Source: Candidatus Aquitaenariimonas noxiae (GTDB lineage Bacteria; Omnitrophota; Gorgyraeia; Aquitaenariimonadales; Aquitaenariimonadaceae). From it: a stretch of DNA of 62,490 nucleotides. Below the pieces are notes generated by a model. It ran no database searches and was not told the DNA's origin. It saw only the letters and a list, made by a program, of their open reading frames with translations. The DNA lies in the NCBI GenBank assembly GCA_002780005.1, contig PEWV01000013.1:1-62490 (forward strand). Direction: 5' to 3'. The position numbers were made by a program, and so were the translations under genes. Positions 29,715 through 40,373 of the stretch are shown here, piece by piece; position 1 is the first letter of the stretch, and each line of letters opens with the position of its first letter.

Positions 29715-30788
29715 TTGATCCTAAAAACAGAAATTCTAAAATTTGATCCGAAAAACCCAAAGGCTGTCGGCATACGAAAAGCGGCCCAGGTATTAAAAGA
29801 CGGCGGGCTGGTGGCTTTTCCTACCGAAACAGTATATGGTCTCGGCGCGGATCTCTTGAATACGAGCGCTTTAAGCAGGTTATATGACATTAAAAAAAGG
29901 CCGAAGGATAAACCTTTTACGGTGGCTATAGCGGATCTAAGGCAACTTGCAGCCCTTGACTGTGAGGTCTCCCCGTATACGTTTAGATTTATGAGCCGTT
30001 TTTGGCCCGGACCCTTGACCATTATATTATGGACGAAAAAGGAAGAAAAACTCGGCATTAGGATGCCGGATGATAATATAGCATTGAGTCTTTTAAAAGA
30101 ACTGTCAATACCGGTAGCGCTGCCAAGCGCCAATATATCAGGTAACCCCGCACCTACAACGGCCGAACAGGTTTTAAAAGACCTAGGGGGAAAAATAGAA
30201 ATGATTTTAGACGGCGGCAGGACAAGGATAGGGATCGAGTCCACGGTTCTTGATCTGACCATATCTCCGTATCACGTTCTTAGAGAGGGGGCCATAAAAG
30301 GAGAGGAATTTAAAAAGGTACCTAAAAAATCCGTCTTGTTTGTATGCACGGGCAATAGCTGCCGGAGCATGATGGCAGAGGGACTTTTTAAACACCTGCT
30401 TAAAGAAAGAGGGAGAAATGACGTAGAGGTCATATCGGCTGGGATAATAGGCCTGAATGGTTCTCCCCCTACCGGCGAAACAATACAGGTTATGGATGAA
30501 GCTGGGGTTAACGTAAGGGGCTTTAAGACGAAAGGAATAAATACGGATTTTATAAACCGCGCAGATCTTATTCTGGGAATGCAGGAAGTTCATAAAAGGG
30601 AAATTTTGGCCTTGGTCCCTCAGGCCGAAAAAAGAGTACATTTATTAAGGGAATTCACAAAGGACGAGGTGACAAACGACGGTTTTGCCTCAGAAGTACC
30701 CGACCCGATATCAAAGCCCTCGGAAGTTTATAAACGAGTTTTCGAAATCATAAAGCGAAATTTAGAAAAATTGGTGGATATGATATAG
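29715..30788 (+). CDS. tsaC: TsaC/YrdC threonylcarbamoyl-AMP synthase fused to a low-molecular-weight phosphatase (YwlE-like)
   Basis: FPTETVYGL, KKRP, PSANISG, then VLFVCTGNSCRS...VPDP in one ORF. Confidence 0.9.
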   Translation: MILKTEILKFDPKNPKAVGIRKAAQVLKDGGLVAFPTETVYGLGADLLNTSALSRLYDIKKRPKDKPFTVAIADLRQLAALDCEVSPYTFRFMSRFWPGPLTIILWTKKEEKLGIRMPDDNIALSLLKELSIPVALPSANISGNPAPTTAEQVLKDLGGKIEMILDGGRTRIGIESTVLDLTISPYHVLREGAIKGEEFKKVPKKSVLFVCTGNSCRSMMAEGLFKHLLKERGRNDVEVISAGIIGLNGSPPTGETIQVMDEAGVNVRGFKTKGINTDFINRADLILGMQEVHKREILALVPQAEKRVHLLREFTKDEVTNDGFASEVPDPISKPSEVYKRVFEIIKRNLEKLVDMI

Positions 30789-30894
30789 TCCCGTTAGAAC
30801 TCTTAAAAAATTGTTCTAATAGGGTGTAGCAATGGAAGGAATGGCAATAAAACGCTTCAAAACAAATAAATGCTAAATAGGAGTTCTAACGGGA
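30789..30894. repeat. Short element bounded by perfect 14-bp inverted repeats
   Basis: TCCCGTTAGAACTC at 30789-30802 and GAGTTCTAACGGGA at 30881-30894. Confidence 0.8.
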
Positions 30895-31349
30895 TGAAAA
30901 TAGCGATAGGCTCAGATCACGGTGGTTTTGAATTAAAAAAAGAATTAGTGGAGTTTTTAAAAAATAACGGTCACAACGTTAAAGATTTCGGCACGCACAC
31001 TGCGGAATCCTGTGATTATCCAAAATTTTCTTATTGCGTCGCGAACGCCGTGACGAAAGGAGAATTTGCAAGAGGTGTACTTATATGCAAAAGCGGCATA
31101 GGTTCGAATATAGTCGCAAATAAGGTTCCCGGTATCAGGGCTGCCGTTTGTAATTCCGAAGAAGAGGCGCGCCTTAGCCGTGAACATAACGACGCGAATA
31201 TTATTGTTTTCGGAAGCAAGTTCGTTTCAGCCCAGGATGCCAAGAATATCTTAAAGATTTGGCTGTCAACAGAGCATGTGGGAGAAAGGCACAAGAGGCG
31301 AATAGATCAAATAACGGAGATTGAAAGAAAAATTTTGGAGGGTGAATAG
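30894..31349 (+). CDS. rpiB: Ribose 5-phosphate isomerase B
   Basis: [31 protein letters not shown]. Confidence 0.96.
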   Translation: MKIAIGSDHGGFELKKELVEFLKNNGHNVKDFGTHTAESCDYPKFSYCVANAVTKGEFARGVLICKSGIGSNIVANKVPGIRAAVCNSEEEARLSREHNDANIIVFGSKFVSAQDAKNILKIWLSTEHVGERHKRRIDQITEIERKILEGE

Positions 31350-32611
31350 TGCGTAGCTTAAAAAGGGCAGATCCAAAAGTTTATAGGGCCATATTGAGAG
31401 AACTGGAAAGAGAGAACGGGAATATAGAATTAATAGCCAGCGAAAATTTTGTATCGCTTGAGGTATTAGAAGCCCAAGGCTCGATCATGACAAATAAATA
31501 TGCCGAGGGATACCCCGGAGCCCGCTGGTACGGCGGATGCGAATATGTCGATGAGGTCGAAGAATTAGCTATAAAAAGGGCAAAGAAAATCTTTGGCGCC
31601 GAGCACGCAAACGTCCAGCCGCATTCAGGCTCACAGGCTAACATGGCTGTATATTTTTCCGCGCTAAAATTAGGCGACCCTGTCTTGGCCATGGATCTGG
31701 CTTGCGGCGGGCACCTAACCCACGGGCATAAGCATAATTTTTCGGGTAGATTGTTCAATGTATCCTCGTACGGCGTTAGCGATAAAAACGAAATGCTTGA
31801 TTATGACCAGATTTTGAGTATCGCTAAAAAACATAAGCCCAAAATGATCCTGGCAGGGGCATCCGCTTATCCGAGAAATATAGATTTTAAAAAATTCAGG
31901 GAAATCTGCGATAAAGTTGGAGCCTTCCTTTTTGTAGATATGGCGCACTTTGCTGGCCTTGTTGTAGCGGGTATTCATTCCAATCCCGTTCCTTATGCCG
32001 AATTTGTTACTACAACTACGCACAAGACCTTAAGAGGTCCTCGCGGAGGGATGATACTTTGCAGAAAAGAGTTTGCCTCTAGAATAGATAAAGAAGTGTT
32101 TCCCGGGATCCAGGGCGGCCCACTGATGCATGTTATTGCGGCTAAGGCGGTTGCGCTTAAGCTCGCCCAGACTAAGGCCTTTAAGGAGTACCAGAAAAAG
32201 ATAGTCGAAAATGCTAAAGCGTTAGCAGAAGGGTTAGCAAAAAGAGATTACAGGATAGTGTCGGGCGGCACAGATACGCATCTTCTATTAGTAGATCTTT
32301 CTTCAAAAGGAATAACAGGGTTGGAGGCGCAAGAAACGCTGGACAAAGCAGGGATAACAGTCAATAAAAACTTGATCCCCTTTGATACAAAAAGTCCCTC
32401 CCTGACAAGCGGCATCCGTTTAGGCACGCCAGCTGTTACAACACGCGGAATGGGTAAAAAAGAAATGGAGCTAATTGCCTCATATGTCGACGAGGCTTTG
32501 AGCTCTTCAAAAGATGAGAAGATTCTCCAGAATGTCAGAAAAGAAGTCACAAAGCTTATAAAAAAGCACCCTTTATATAAAGATATAATCAGAAAGTTTA
32601 AAAATGAATAA
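31349..32611 (+). CDS. glyA: Serine hydroxymethyltransferase
   Basis: [28 protein letters not shown]. Confidence 0.99.
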   Translation: MRSLKRADPKVYRAILRELERENGNIELIASENFVSLEVLEAQGSIMTNKYAEGYPGARWYGGCEYVDEVEELAIKRAKKIFGAEHANVQPHSGSQANMAVYFSALKLGDPVLAMDLACGGHLTHGHKHNFSGRLFNVSSYGVSDKNEMLDYDQILSIAKKHKPKMILAGASAYPRNIDFKKFREICDKVGAFLFVDMAHFAGLVVAGIHSNPVPYAEFVTTTTHKTLRGPRGGMILCRKEFASRIDKEVFPGIQGGPLMHVIAAKAVALKLAQTKAFKEYQKKIVENAKALAEGLAKRDYRIVSGGTDTHLLLVDLSSKGITGLEAQETLDKAGITVNKNLIPFDTKSPSLTSGIRLGTPAVTTRGMGKKEMELIASYVDEALSSSKDEKILQNVRKEVTKLIKKHPLYKDIIRKFKNE

Positions 32612-33071
32612 AAAGAAAAAAACTATACGGCCTTCCTGGGATGAATATTTTATTGATATAGCAAAGCTTGTGTCAAAAAGATCCACCTGTTTAAGACGCA
32701 AGGTTGGGGCTGTTATTGTAAAAAATAGAAGGATACTCGCAACAGGTTATAACGGGACCCCGAGCGGCATAAGGCATTGCGAGGAAGTAGGATGCCTTAG
32801 GGAAAAATTGAAAATACCATCGGGCGAAAGACATGAACTCTGCAGAGGACTGCATGCGGAACAGAATGCGCTTCTTCAAGCTTCTCTTTATGGAATTAGC
32901 CTGGAAGGCTCAAGTTTATATTGTACTAATCAACCATGCCTGATATGCGCGAAGATGCTTATAAACGCCGGCATAAGAGAAGTTGTAATTGTCGACGGAT
33001 ATCCGGATAAATTAGCGCAGGAGTTTTTAAAAGAAGCTAAGATCAAGGTCAGAAAAATAAATAATTTTTAA
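32604..33071 (+). CDS. dCMP deaminase / ComEB family Zn-dependent deaminase
   Basis: [24 protein letters not shown]. Confidence 0.93.
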   Translation: MNKKKKTIRPSWDEYFIDIAKLVSKRSTCLRRKVGAVIVKNRRILATGYNGTPSGIRHCEEVGCLREKLKIPSGERHELCRGLHAEQNALLQASLYGISLEGSSLYCTNQPCLICAKMLINAGIREVVIVDGYPDKLAQEFLKEAKIKVRKINNF

Positions 33072-33193
33072 ATTACAAATTCCAAATCACAACTCCAAAA
33101 TTACAATAACCAAAAATTTTGATATTAGATTTGATACTTTGTGTATTGGAATTTGTATATTGTTTGTAATTTGTAGTTTGTATATTGTGATTT
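33070..33193. repeat. Second heptamer-repeat palindrome
   Basis: AAATTAC AAATTCC AAATCAC ... GTAATTT GTAGTTT GTATATT GTGATTT. Confidence 0.85.
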
Positions 33194-33217
33194 ATTATAT
33201 CATATTGAGGTATTGCA

Positions 33218-33679
33218 GTGAAATGTCCATATTGCGGTAAAGATAAAGATAAGGTCATAGATTCGCGTGTCAGCGGCAAGGGCAAGAGCATCCGCAGGAG
33301 AAGGGAATGCCTTAAATGCAAGAGGCGTTTTACAACCTATGAGCATGTCGAAGAAATTCCGCTTATGGTCATAAAAAAAGATGGGCGCCGTGAACCTTTT
33401 GACAGAAATAAAATAATAGCGGGTGTTATTAAAGCTTGCGAGAAGCGGCCCATAAGCATCGATAAGCTAGAAGATATGGCGGATAAGATAGAGCAGCACC
33501 TGCAAAAAAATTTTGAAAAAGAAGTCAAAACAAAAGATATAGGCGAACTCGTCATGAAAAAATTGGCGGAACTGGACGAAATAGCTTATGTTAGATTCGC
33601 CTCCGTGTATCGCCAGTTTAAGGACATAAACCAGTTTATGAAAGAATTAAGGCAGTTGCTGGGCCGGGAGGGATTCTAA
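33218..33679 (+). CDS. nrdR: Transcriptional repressor NrdR
   Basis: [27 protein letters not shown] cone, YVRFASVYR. Confidence 0.98.
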   Translation: MKCPYCGKDKDKVIDSRVSGKGKSIRRRRECLKCKRRFTTYEHVEEIPLMVIKKDGRREPFDRNKIIAGVIKACEKRPISIDKLEDMADKIEQHLQKNFEKEVKTKDIGELVMKKLAELDEIAYVRFASVYRQFKDINQFMKELRQLLGREGF

Positions 33680-35104
33680 ATCTATCTCTAATTTAGAGTT
33701 TTTAGATATTTCCTCAAACCATTTATTAAACGTATCAGCCCTTTTCTGAGCAAGCAGATTTTCCTTTAGTTTCCCTTTTTCTTCTTCAAATTTCTTCTCA
33801 TCGGGAGATATTGTTTCATCCGCCCTTGATATTATAAATCCTTTTTCACAATTAATAGGCGAATTTATTTGCCCTTTCGGAGAGGCAAATATTATTTCTT
33901 TCAATAATTGGGCTTGTCCGACGCCTTCGATATATGAACTTCTAGAAAAAGGCTTACTTTTTTCGACTATAAGGCCTAGTGTTTTTGCGGCTTCTTCAAA
34001 AGCAGCGCCTTTTTGAACAGCATCGTTTACTTTATTGTATATTTCAGAAGCAGCCTTTTCCGCCGATGTCGTGGCAAAGATCCTGGTTAATTCTTTACTC
34101 AGCAGGGGTTCTACTTCCGCAAAAGTCGGCAAGTAACCCGACCTTTTTTGGGTTAAATTTATTATGTAATACCCCTTTTCTGTGTATATCGGAAAGCTGG
34201 TCATTCTTTTATCCAGAGAAAAGGCAGCTTTAGCAACCTCGTACGATAAACCTATGCCTGGGATTTCGTCATTCATTCCGAAAAACCCGGTCTCTTCTAT
34301 TTTAAGGCCGTTTTCTTCCGCAATTTTTTCAAAATTTTTGTTGTTTCCGATCTCATCATTTAATTTATACAGAAGCTCTTTATTGTTCACATCTATATAT
34401 AGATATCGTATATTAGCTTCTTCGTTCCTTCGTAAATTTTCTTTCTTTTCGTCGTAAAATTTTTGTAGTTCCTTCTGGCTTATTTGTAAATCTTTTATGA
34501 AATCCTCGGACTTTATCAGAATATACGATATCTTTACCTGTTCATTGTCTTTCTTGTATGTATTCAAAACTTCCTCATCCGTTACTGACACATTTTTCAA
34601 AATCTCTTGTTTTAGTTTGCCTATTGCTATATCTTCTCTAACCATCTCTTCAAAATCCCTTGGAGAAGTTTTTAAATTATTTCTTATCATATAATCATAA
34701 AACATCTTGTCGAAAGAATTTCCTCTCCTAAAAAGAGGTTGTGAAGCTATCACGTTTACTATTTCGTTGTCACTGACATTTATTCTTTGTCTTTTTATTT
34801 CTCCAAGCAATATAAGCCTGTCCCATGCCATTATGTTTATGTTCATGGAGCCCATCAATTGTTCAAGGGCCTTAGAATCGCCTCCGGATGAAAGCACCAG
34901 CTCACTATAAGAGTTTTGGTAGCTTTTAGCAAAGCTCTTAAATGTTATTTTTTTGTTATATATTTTCCCGACATACGCAGGGGTGTTGGATGTTTCTCGC
35001 GAGCCGCTTCCTGCGCCCCAGAGAACAAACGCGGGCACGATCAATATCGCTAATGCCCATAGAATTCTTTTCATTGTCTTCTTTTTTCTTAATATTTTAA
35101 GCAT
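33647..35104 (-). CDS. SurA N-terminal domain / PpiD-like periplasmic chaperone
   Basis: N-terminal anchor [31 protein letters not shown], rotamase-like segment; AGGAGG SD; TTGTAT-17-TATAAT promoter on the minus strand. Confidence 0.85.
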   Translation of the reverse strand: MLKILRKKKTMKRILWALAILIVPAFVLWGAGSGSRETSNTPAYVGKIYNKKITFKSFAKSYQNSYSELVLSSGGDSKALEQLMGSMNINIMAWDRLILLGEIKRQRINVSDNEIVNVIASQPLFRRGNSFDKMFYDYMIRNNLKTSPRDFEEMVREDIAIGKLKQEILKNVSVTDEEVLNTYKKDNEQVKISYILIKSEDFIKDLQISQKELQKFYDEKKENLRRNEEANIRYLYIDVNNKELLYKLNDEIGNNKNFEKIAEENGLKIEETGFFGMNDEIPGIGLSYEVAKAAFSLDKRMTSFPIYTEKGYYIINLTQKRSGYLPTFAEVEPLLSKELTRIFATTSAEKAASEIYNKVNDAVQKGAAFEEAAKTLGLIVEKSKPFSRSSYIEGVGQAQLLKEIIFASPKGQINSPINCEKGFIISRADETISPDEKKFEEEKGKLKENLLAQKRADTFNKWFEEISKNSKLEIDLESLPAQQLP

Positions 35105-35413
35105 GCGGAATTCCTCCTAAATGATTTATAGGTGTATTATACATATACTCTGACTTTTATACAAGGGAATTTTACTTTAACTATTTTTAAAATTAACTTA
35201 ATTTTGCAGTTGCCTAATATAGGGGAAGAATGAATTTTAAGAAGAAACCTTAAGAATAGCATAAATAATGACGCAATTGTATTACATATTAGCATTACAC
35301 ATAGCAAATAGCGTTAAGTTATAAAAAAGTTTAATTTTCTAATTGTATTTATCATAATCATGATATATACTTATATTAAGAGAATACAAAGCTAAATTAA
35401 GCTATTTTATAAA

Positions 35414-35492
35414 CTTTAGAAAAAGGCTAACTGCTGGGGACAGCAGGGCGCAAAGCTTTCAGGTCTAGAACAGACGGTTGGGCTGCCTAAAG
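35414..35492 (+). promoter_or_regulatory. c-di-GMP-I (GEMM) riboswitch aptamer
   Basis: P1 CTTTAG/CTAAAG; GGCTAA-CTGCTG-GGGA-CAGCAG (GNRA-capped P2); GGCGCAAAGC core; P3 with GTCT/AGAC; 3' GCTGCC. Confidence 0.85.
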
Positions 35493-35507
35493 GAAGGCGG
35501 CCCTTTT
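35480..35507 (+). terminator. Intrinsic terminator overlapping the aptamer 3' strand (expression platform)
   Basis: GGGCTGCCT-AAAGGA-AGGCGGCCC followed by TTTT. Confidence 0.7.
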
Positions 35508-35533
35508 CCATAAAGGAACAGAGTGCTTTCCTA

Positions 35534-36232
35534 ATGAAAGGGGTTGGAATGAGGCCTTCTGTGCGAAAGACGATAATTATCGACTGGATCGTGTTGATTA
35601 CATATTATATGTTGATAATCTCAACATTATATGTGTTCCCAAAATTATGGGATTTTTGTATTAGTGTCTTCGGAACCCCATTCCATTTGGTTGCTGACCT
35701 CGCTGTTTTTGTAATATTCTTTATATTTTTTGTAGCTGTAGTATATGATGACATATTTCATAAAAGCGTGAAAGATCTGATCCGTTATGCGTGGTTAATT
35801 ATCCTGGGATGGGCCATGCTAATAACGTTAAAAAGAATGCCTTTTCTTATGGAAGAAGTATGCATCCCCGAATACGCCTTAGTTTGTTATATTTCTTTTA
35901 GGGTGGTTTATCATTATGTTAAGACAAGGGCCCTGTATCCGATTCTGTTTCTTATAGTTGTAGGCTTTGCTTGCCTGGAAGAAGGGCTGCAATTCTTTAT
36001 TCCTACAAGATTTTTTAACCCGATGGATATTGTGAAAGATGTCTGGGGCGGAATATTGATAGTATTAGTAATAAATTTAGTGATACAACCTGAGTTTAAA
36101 AGCGGTGTAATCGAAAAGACTATTAGACGGATTGTAAAGAGAACAAAGTTCAGTACAGAAGATATTTTGGTAAATATAAGAGATTTCTGGTTTGATCTAG
36201 GGACCAAAATCAACGATTTCCTATTTTCTTAG
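35534..36232 (+). CDS. VanZ-like integral membrane protein
   Basis: Multiple TM segments; EYAL..., EEGLQFFIPTRFF..MDIVKD resembles the VanZ DE..Q...P.R..D motif. Confidence 0.7.
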   Translation: MKGVGMRPSVRKTIIIDWIVLITYYMLIISTLYVFPKLWDFCISVFGTPFHLVADLAVFVIFFIFFVAVVYDDIFHKSVKDLIRYAWLIILGWAMLITLKRMPFLMEEVCIPEYALVCYISFRVVYHYVKTRALYPILFLIVVGFACLEEGLQFFIPTRFFNPMDIVKDVWGGILIVLVINLVIQPEFKSGVIEKTIRRIVKRTKFSTEDILVNIRDFWFDLGTKINDFLFS

Positions 36233-36302
36233 TTACTCTTTATTAGTGCCATCCAAATGAGTAATTGACAATGTCTTCAGTCTGTGATAAGCTGAACCCG
36301 CC

Positions 36303-36902
36303 GTGAATAAAAAATCAATCATATTGAAGGATTTAGTCAATTTTGGCAAAGCCTGCTATGGTAATAGCCTTATTATATGCGGAGGCGGGAATATAAGCGC
36401 CAAGGCCGGCAGCAAAATATATATAAAACGAGAAGGTGTCTCTCTGCAACATGCGGCCCCTAGAGATTTTATGCCCATATCTATAAAAGAAGCGTCTGCA
36501 GTTTTTACCGGAAACTTCAGGCCAAGCAAGGAATTTCGTATGCATCTAGCCTGCTTTAAAGTAAGACCTGATATAGGGGCTGTAATCCATACGCATCCTG
36601 TATTTTCAACGGCCATGGGGAACGCAAGCAGGTCTCTTCTCAAAGATTTTACATATGAACTTAAATACACTATGAACTCAGAAGTACCGTGCGTGAAGAA
36701 TATAGAGCCGGGGACCGGTGTACTAGCCGAAGAAGTTGGAAAAAAAATAAAGAACGCTAATGGTGTAATTCTTTCAAATCATGGAATCGTGACCGTGGGG
36801 AAGACTCTTGAAGAGGCCTTTAATAGGAATCTTGCCCTAGAAAGGGCGGCAAAGGTGTATATACTTACCAGGATTTTACGCTTCATAGAGTCGAAAACTT
36901 GA
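36303..36902 (+). CDS. Class II aldolase/adducin family protein
   Basis: GGNIS, PSKEFRMH, AVIHTHP, LSNHG; TTGACA-17-TAAGCT promoter at 36265-36293. Confidence 0.92.
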   Translation: MNKKSIILKDLVNFGKACYGNSLIICGGGNISAKAGSKIYIKREGVSLQHAAPRDFMPISIKEASAVFTGNFRPSKEFRMHLACFKVRPDIGAVIHTHPVFSTAMGNASRSLLKDFTYELKYTMNSEVPCVKNIEPGTGVLAEEVGKKIKNANGVILSNHGIVTVGKTLEEAFNRNLALERAAKVYILTRILRFIESKT

Positions 36903-36982
36903 CTTTTACAGGCTTATTTAGTACAATTAACTAGAAATTACAATATAACACAAATATATAATAAGCAAATTAAGGAGAAGAA

Positions 36983-37852
36983 ATGAAACTTAAATTGGGC
37001 ATTCCAAAGGGCAGTCTTCAAGACGCCACTGTAGCCATCTTTGCAAAGGCTGGTTTTAAAGTATCGGTTGATAAAAGGTCCTATTTTCCTGATATCGACG
37101 ACCAGGAAATAGAACTAATGCTTTTCAGGGCGCAGGAGATGTCCAGGTATGTCGAGAACGGAGTTTTGGATTGCGGCATAACAGGCGCTGATTGGATAAT
37201 AGAGAACAACTCAAAAGTTGTTAAGGTGGCGGATCTTTCTTATGCCAAACAGACGCTCTCGCAGGTTAGATGGGTATTGGCAGTACCCCACGATTCAAAG
37301 ATGAAATCCGTAAAAGATTTAAAGGGTAAACGGATAGCGACAGAGCTCGTAAAAGTTACGGAGAAATATTTAAAGAAAAACAAGGTAAACGCAGAGGTCG
37401 AATTTAGCTGGGGAGCAACCGAGGCGAAAGTCGGAATAGGCGTAGATGCGATTGTCGAACTTACAGAAACAGGAAGGTCTTTGAGGGCGAACAACCTGAA
37501 AATAATAGATACCATATGCTATTCCACAACCGAATTTATCGCGAATAAAAAATCTTGGGAAAATCCGTGGAAAAAAGATAAAATCGAAAACTTAGTGCTT
37601 CTCGTAAAGGGGGCGATAGCAGCCCAAGAAAAAGTAGGTCTTAAAATGAACGTTGCGGAAAAAGATCTTAAAGCAGTATTGAAACTATTACCAGCCATGA
37701 AACGGCCTACTATTTCAGCGCTGGCGCAGGAAGGCTGGCTTGATGTTGATACTATAATTGATGAAAAAACAGCCCGCGTTCTAATACCACAATTAAAAAA
37801 AGCAGGAGCTCAAGGTATAATCGAATATCCGTTAAATAAAGCTATTTATTAA
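36983..37852 (+). CDS. hisG: ATP phosphoribosyltransferase (long form)
   Basis: [23 protein letters not shown]-terminal regulatory domain; TTGACT-17-TACAAT promoter at 36899-36927. Confidence 0.97.
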   Translation: MKLKLGIPKGSLQDATVAIFAKAGFKVSVDKRSYFPDIDDQEIELMLFRAQEMSRYVENGVLDCGITGADWIIENNSKVVKVADLSYAKQTLSQVRWVLAVPHDSKMKSVKDLKGKRIATELVKVTEKYLKKNKVNAEVEFSWGATEAKVGIGVDAIVELTETGRSLRANNLKIIDTICYSTTEFIANKKSWENPWKKDKIENLVLLVKGAIAAQEKVGLKMNVAEKDLKAVLKLLPAMKRPTISALAQEGWLDVDTIIDEKTARVLIPQLKKAGAQGIIEYPLNKAIY

Positions 37853-37868
37853 AGAAAGGAGCAGACTG

Positions 37869-37964
37869 ATGCCTTGTGGGAGAAAAAGAAAACGCCGCAA
37901 GATGGCAAAACACAAAAGGAAAAAAAGACTCAGAAGAGATAGACATAAGAAAAGAATAAGATAG
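37869..37964 (+). CDS. bS22 / AURKAIP1-COX24 domain small basic ribosomal protein (31 aa)
   Basis: MPCGRKRKRRKMAKHKRKKRLRRDRHKKRIR with AAGGAG SD; below the ORF-track cutoff. Confidence 0.88.
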   Translation: MPCGRKRKRRKMAKHKRKKRLRRDRHKKRIR

Positions 37965-37993
37965 TTAACCAACATAGAAAATAGATACCAGAC

Positions 37994-39544
37994 TTGAAAA
38001 AATATAAATTTATAATAGTAGAGGGCGTTTTTGTCTGTTGCCTTTTAATTTATTGCGTGAAAGGCTCTTTCGCAGCCCTAAGCCTTGGCAACTCCAAATG
38101 GGGTGAGATATTGCCTAAAAAGATGTCTCAAGAGGACAAGGCATTTTCGAAGTCATTAGCCCATTATACAATGGGCCTAATTTATGACAGGGAAGGAAAC
38201 CTCGAAACCGCGATAAAAGAATATAAAGAGGCCGTAGGATACGACTATAATAACACGCAGGTACACCTAAGGCTGGGTTCTGATTATATTATAGTAGGAA
38301 ACCTCCAGAAGGCGATAGAAGAGTTCAAAAACGTAAAGAAGATAGACCCGGAAGACACTAAATCCAGGTTTCTCCTCGCCCTTATATATACTGCTCAAAA
38401 AAAATTTACCGAGGCAAACAGCGAATATCAGGAAATTATCAGCATAAAACCCGGCGATTTGAACGCACTCACTTCTTTAGCGGACCTTTATGTTATTCAG
38501 GAGAACATGGTTGAGGCCGCGAAGGTTTACGAAAAACTCCTCCAGACAAATAAAGATTCGGCCCTCATGCATTTCAATCTTGGAATAATATATTCAAGGC
38601 TGAATAAAATAGACGAGGCTGTAAAAGAGCTTAAGGAAGCTATAAGGCTGAAAGATGATTATGTTGAGGCTCATTTAGCGCTCGGTGTATTGTATGAACT
38701 CAAAGGGCAAAAAAATGAGGCAATAGCCTGTTATGAAAAAGCCCTTCTTTTCGACCCGTTGAACGTTCGGATATACCACCATCTGGGCGAAGTTTACTAT
38801 AGGAACGATAAGATAGACGAGTCTATACATCAATACGAACTGATACTTAAACTGAACCCGAAAGACCTAGAAGCCTATGTAGGCCTGGCGTATGTATATT
38901 TAAAAAAGAAGGACCCCGAAAGCGCGATCAATATTATTCGGCGCGCTCAATCGTTCGGGCTTGATGATTTTAAATTATTGCTTGCCATAGGTTTCGCCTA
39001 CTCTTTGAAAGAAGATTACGAAAAAGCTATCCAGGCGTATAATGATGTCTTAAAGAAAGAGCCCACTAACGCCAGGGCCCATTTTTATTTAGGCACGGCG
39101 TATGAAAGAGTTAATAAAAAAGAGGCAGCGATACGCCAATTCAGGGAATCCATAAAATTTGATCCCGAGATGGCGGAGGCATATAATTATATAGGCTATA
39201 TGCACGCGGAAGAAGGGACAAATTTAGATGAAGCGATGGGCCTTATAAAAAAAGCTCTTGAATTGGAACCTAACAGCGGCGCGTACCTCGATAGCCTGGG
39301 ATGGGTATATTATAAAAAAGGCATGATAGACGAAGCGATTATATATTTAGAAAAAGCAAGAAAGATAGTCGGAGACGATCCCGTTATTGTCGACCATTTG
39401 GGCGACGCGTATGACAAAAAAGGAGAGTTCGATAAGGCGATCAAGATTTGGGAGGAATGTTTAAAATTTAACGGCGATCAGGCGGAACTGAAAGAAAAAA
39501 TAAAAAAAGAGAAAGAAAAACTTAAGGTAAAAAATGGAAAATAA
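37994..39544 (+). CDS. Exported tetratricopeptide repeat protein
   Basis: Signal-like N-terminus; many TPRs; NYIGY..LDSLGWVYY motif. Confidence 0.9.
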   Translation: MKKYKFIIVEGVFVCCLLIYCVKGSFAALSLGNSKWGEILPKKMSQEDKAFSKSLAHYTMGLIYDREGNLETAIKEYKEAVGYDYNNTQVHLRLGSDYIIVGNLQKAIEEFKNVKKIDPEDTKSRFLLALIYTAQKKFTEANSEYQEIISIKPGDLNALTSLADLYVIQENMVEAAKVYEKLLQTNKDSALMHFNLGIIYSRLNKIDEAVKELKEAIRLKDDYVEAHLALGVLYELKGQKNEAIACYEKALLFDPLNVRIYHHLGEVYYRNDKIDESIHQYELILKLNPKDLEAYVGLAYVYLKKKDPESAINIIRRAQSFGLDDFKLLLAIGFAYSLKEDYEKAIQAYNDVLKKEPTNARAHFYLGTAYERVNKKEAAIRQFRESIKFDPEMAEAYNYIGYMHAEEGTNLDEAMGLIKKALELEPNSGAYLDSLGWVYYKKGMIDEAIIYLEKARKIVGDDPVIVDHLGDAYDKKGEFDKAIKIWEECLKFNGDQAELKEKIKKEKEKLKVKNGK

Positions 39545-40373
39545 AAAACCGGATATAAAAGAGTTAAAAGAAAAGGCAATAGAGATAAGAAAAGATATAC
39601 TTACTATGTTAAACGCCGCCGGAAGCGGGCATACGGGCGGCTCTTTATCTATGGTTGAAATACTTATTACCCTTTATGGGTATGCCATGAGACACAATCC
39701 CAAAAAACCGGATTGGCCGGATAGGGATAAACTGATCCTTTCCAAAGGCCATGGTTGCCCGGCTCTTTACACGGTATTGGCTCATTACGGCTATTTTCCG
39801 AAAGAAGAGCTCATGACCTTAAGAAAATTAGGCAGCCGTCTGCAGGGGCATCCGCAGCGCGGCCTGCCCGGCATCGAGACAGCAAGCGGCTCTCTAGGGC
39901 AGGGGTTATCTATATCAAACGGGTTAGCATTAGCGGCGAGACTTGATAAGCGGAATACAAGAATATATTGTATCATGGGCGACGGCGAATTGAACGAAGG
40001 CCAGATCTGGGAAGCTGTTATGACGGCCTCTCAGTATAAGTTGGATAATATCTGCGGGATCGTAGACCATAACAAATATTGCATAGACGGCCTCTTGAAA
40101 GATATTAAATGCATGGATCCTCTTCCGGAAAAATGGTCGTCATTTGGTTGGAACACGATAGATATCGATGGCCATTCTTTTAAAGATCTGATGAGTGCCT
40201 TCGATAAAGCAAAAACCCTTAAGGGGAAGCCCACCGTTATAATAGCGCACACTATCAAAGGAAAAGGGATTTCGTTTATAGAATGCCAGAACAGATGGCA
40301 TGGGACAACGCCTAAAAAAGATGAACTGGAACGCGCCTTAAAAGAGTTGGACGAAGAGCGGAGAAAAATATGA
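39534..40373 (+). CDS. Transketolase, N-terminal subunit
   Basis: SGHTGGSLS, LSKGH, GSLGQG, GDGELNEG. Confidence 0.96.
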   Translation: MENKKPDIKELKEKAIEIRKDILTMLNAAGSGHTGGSLSMVEILITLYGYAMRHNPKKPDWPDRDKLILSKGHGCPALYTVLAHYGYFPKEELMTLRKLGSRLQGHPQRGLPGIETASGSLGQGLSISNGLALAARLDKRNTRIYCIMGDGELNEGQIWEAVMTASQYKLDNICGIVDHNKYCIDGLLKDIKCMDPLPEKWSSFGWNTIDIDGHSFKDLMSAFDKAKTLKGKPTVIIAHTIKGKGISFIECQNRWHGTTPKKDELERALKELDEERRKI

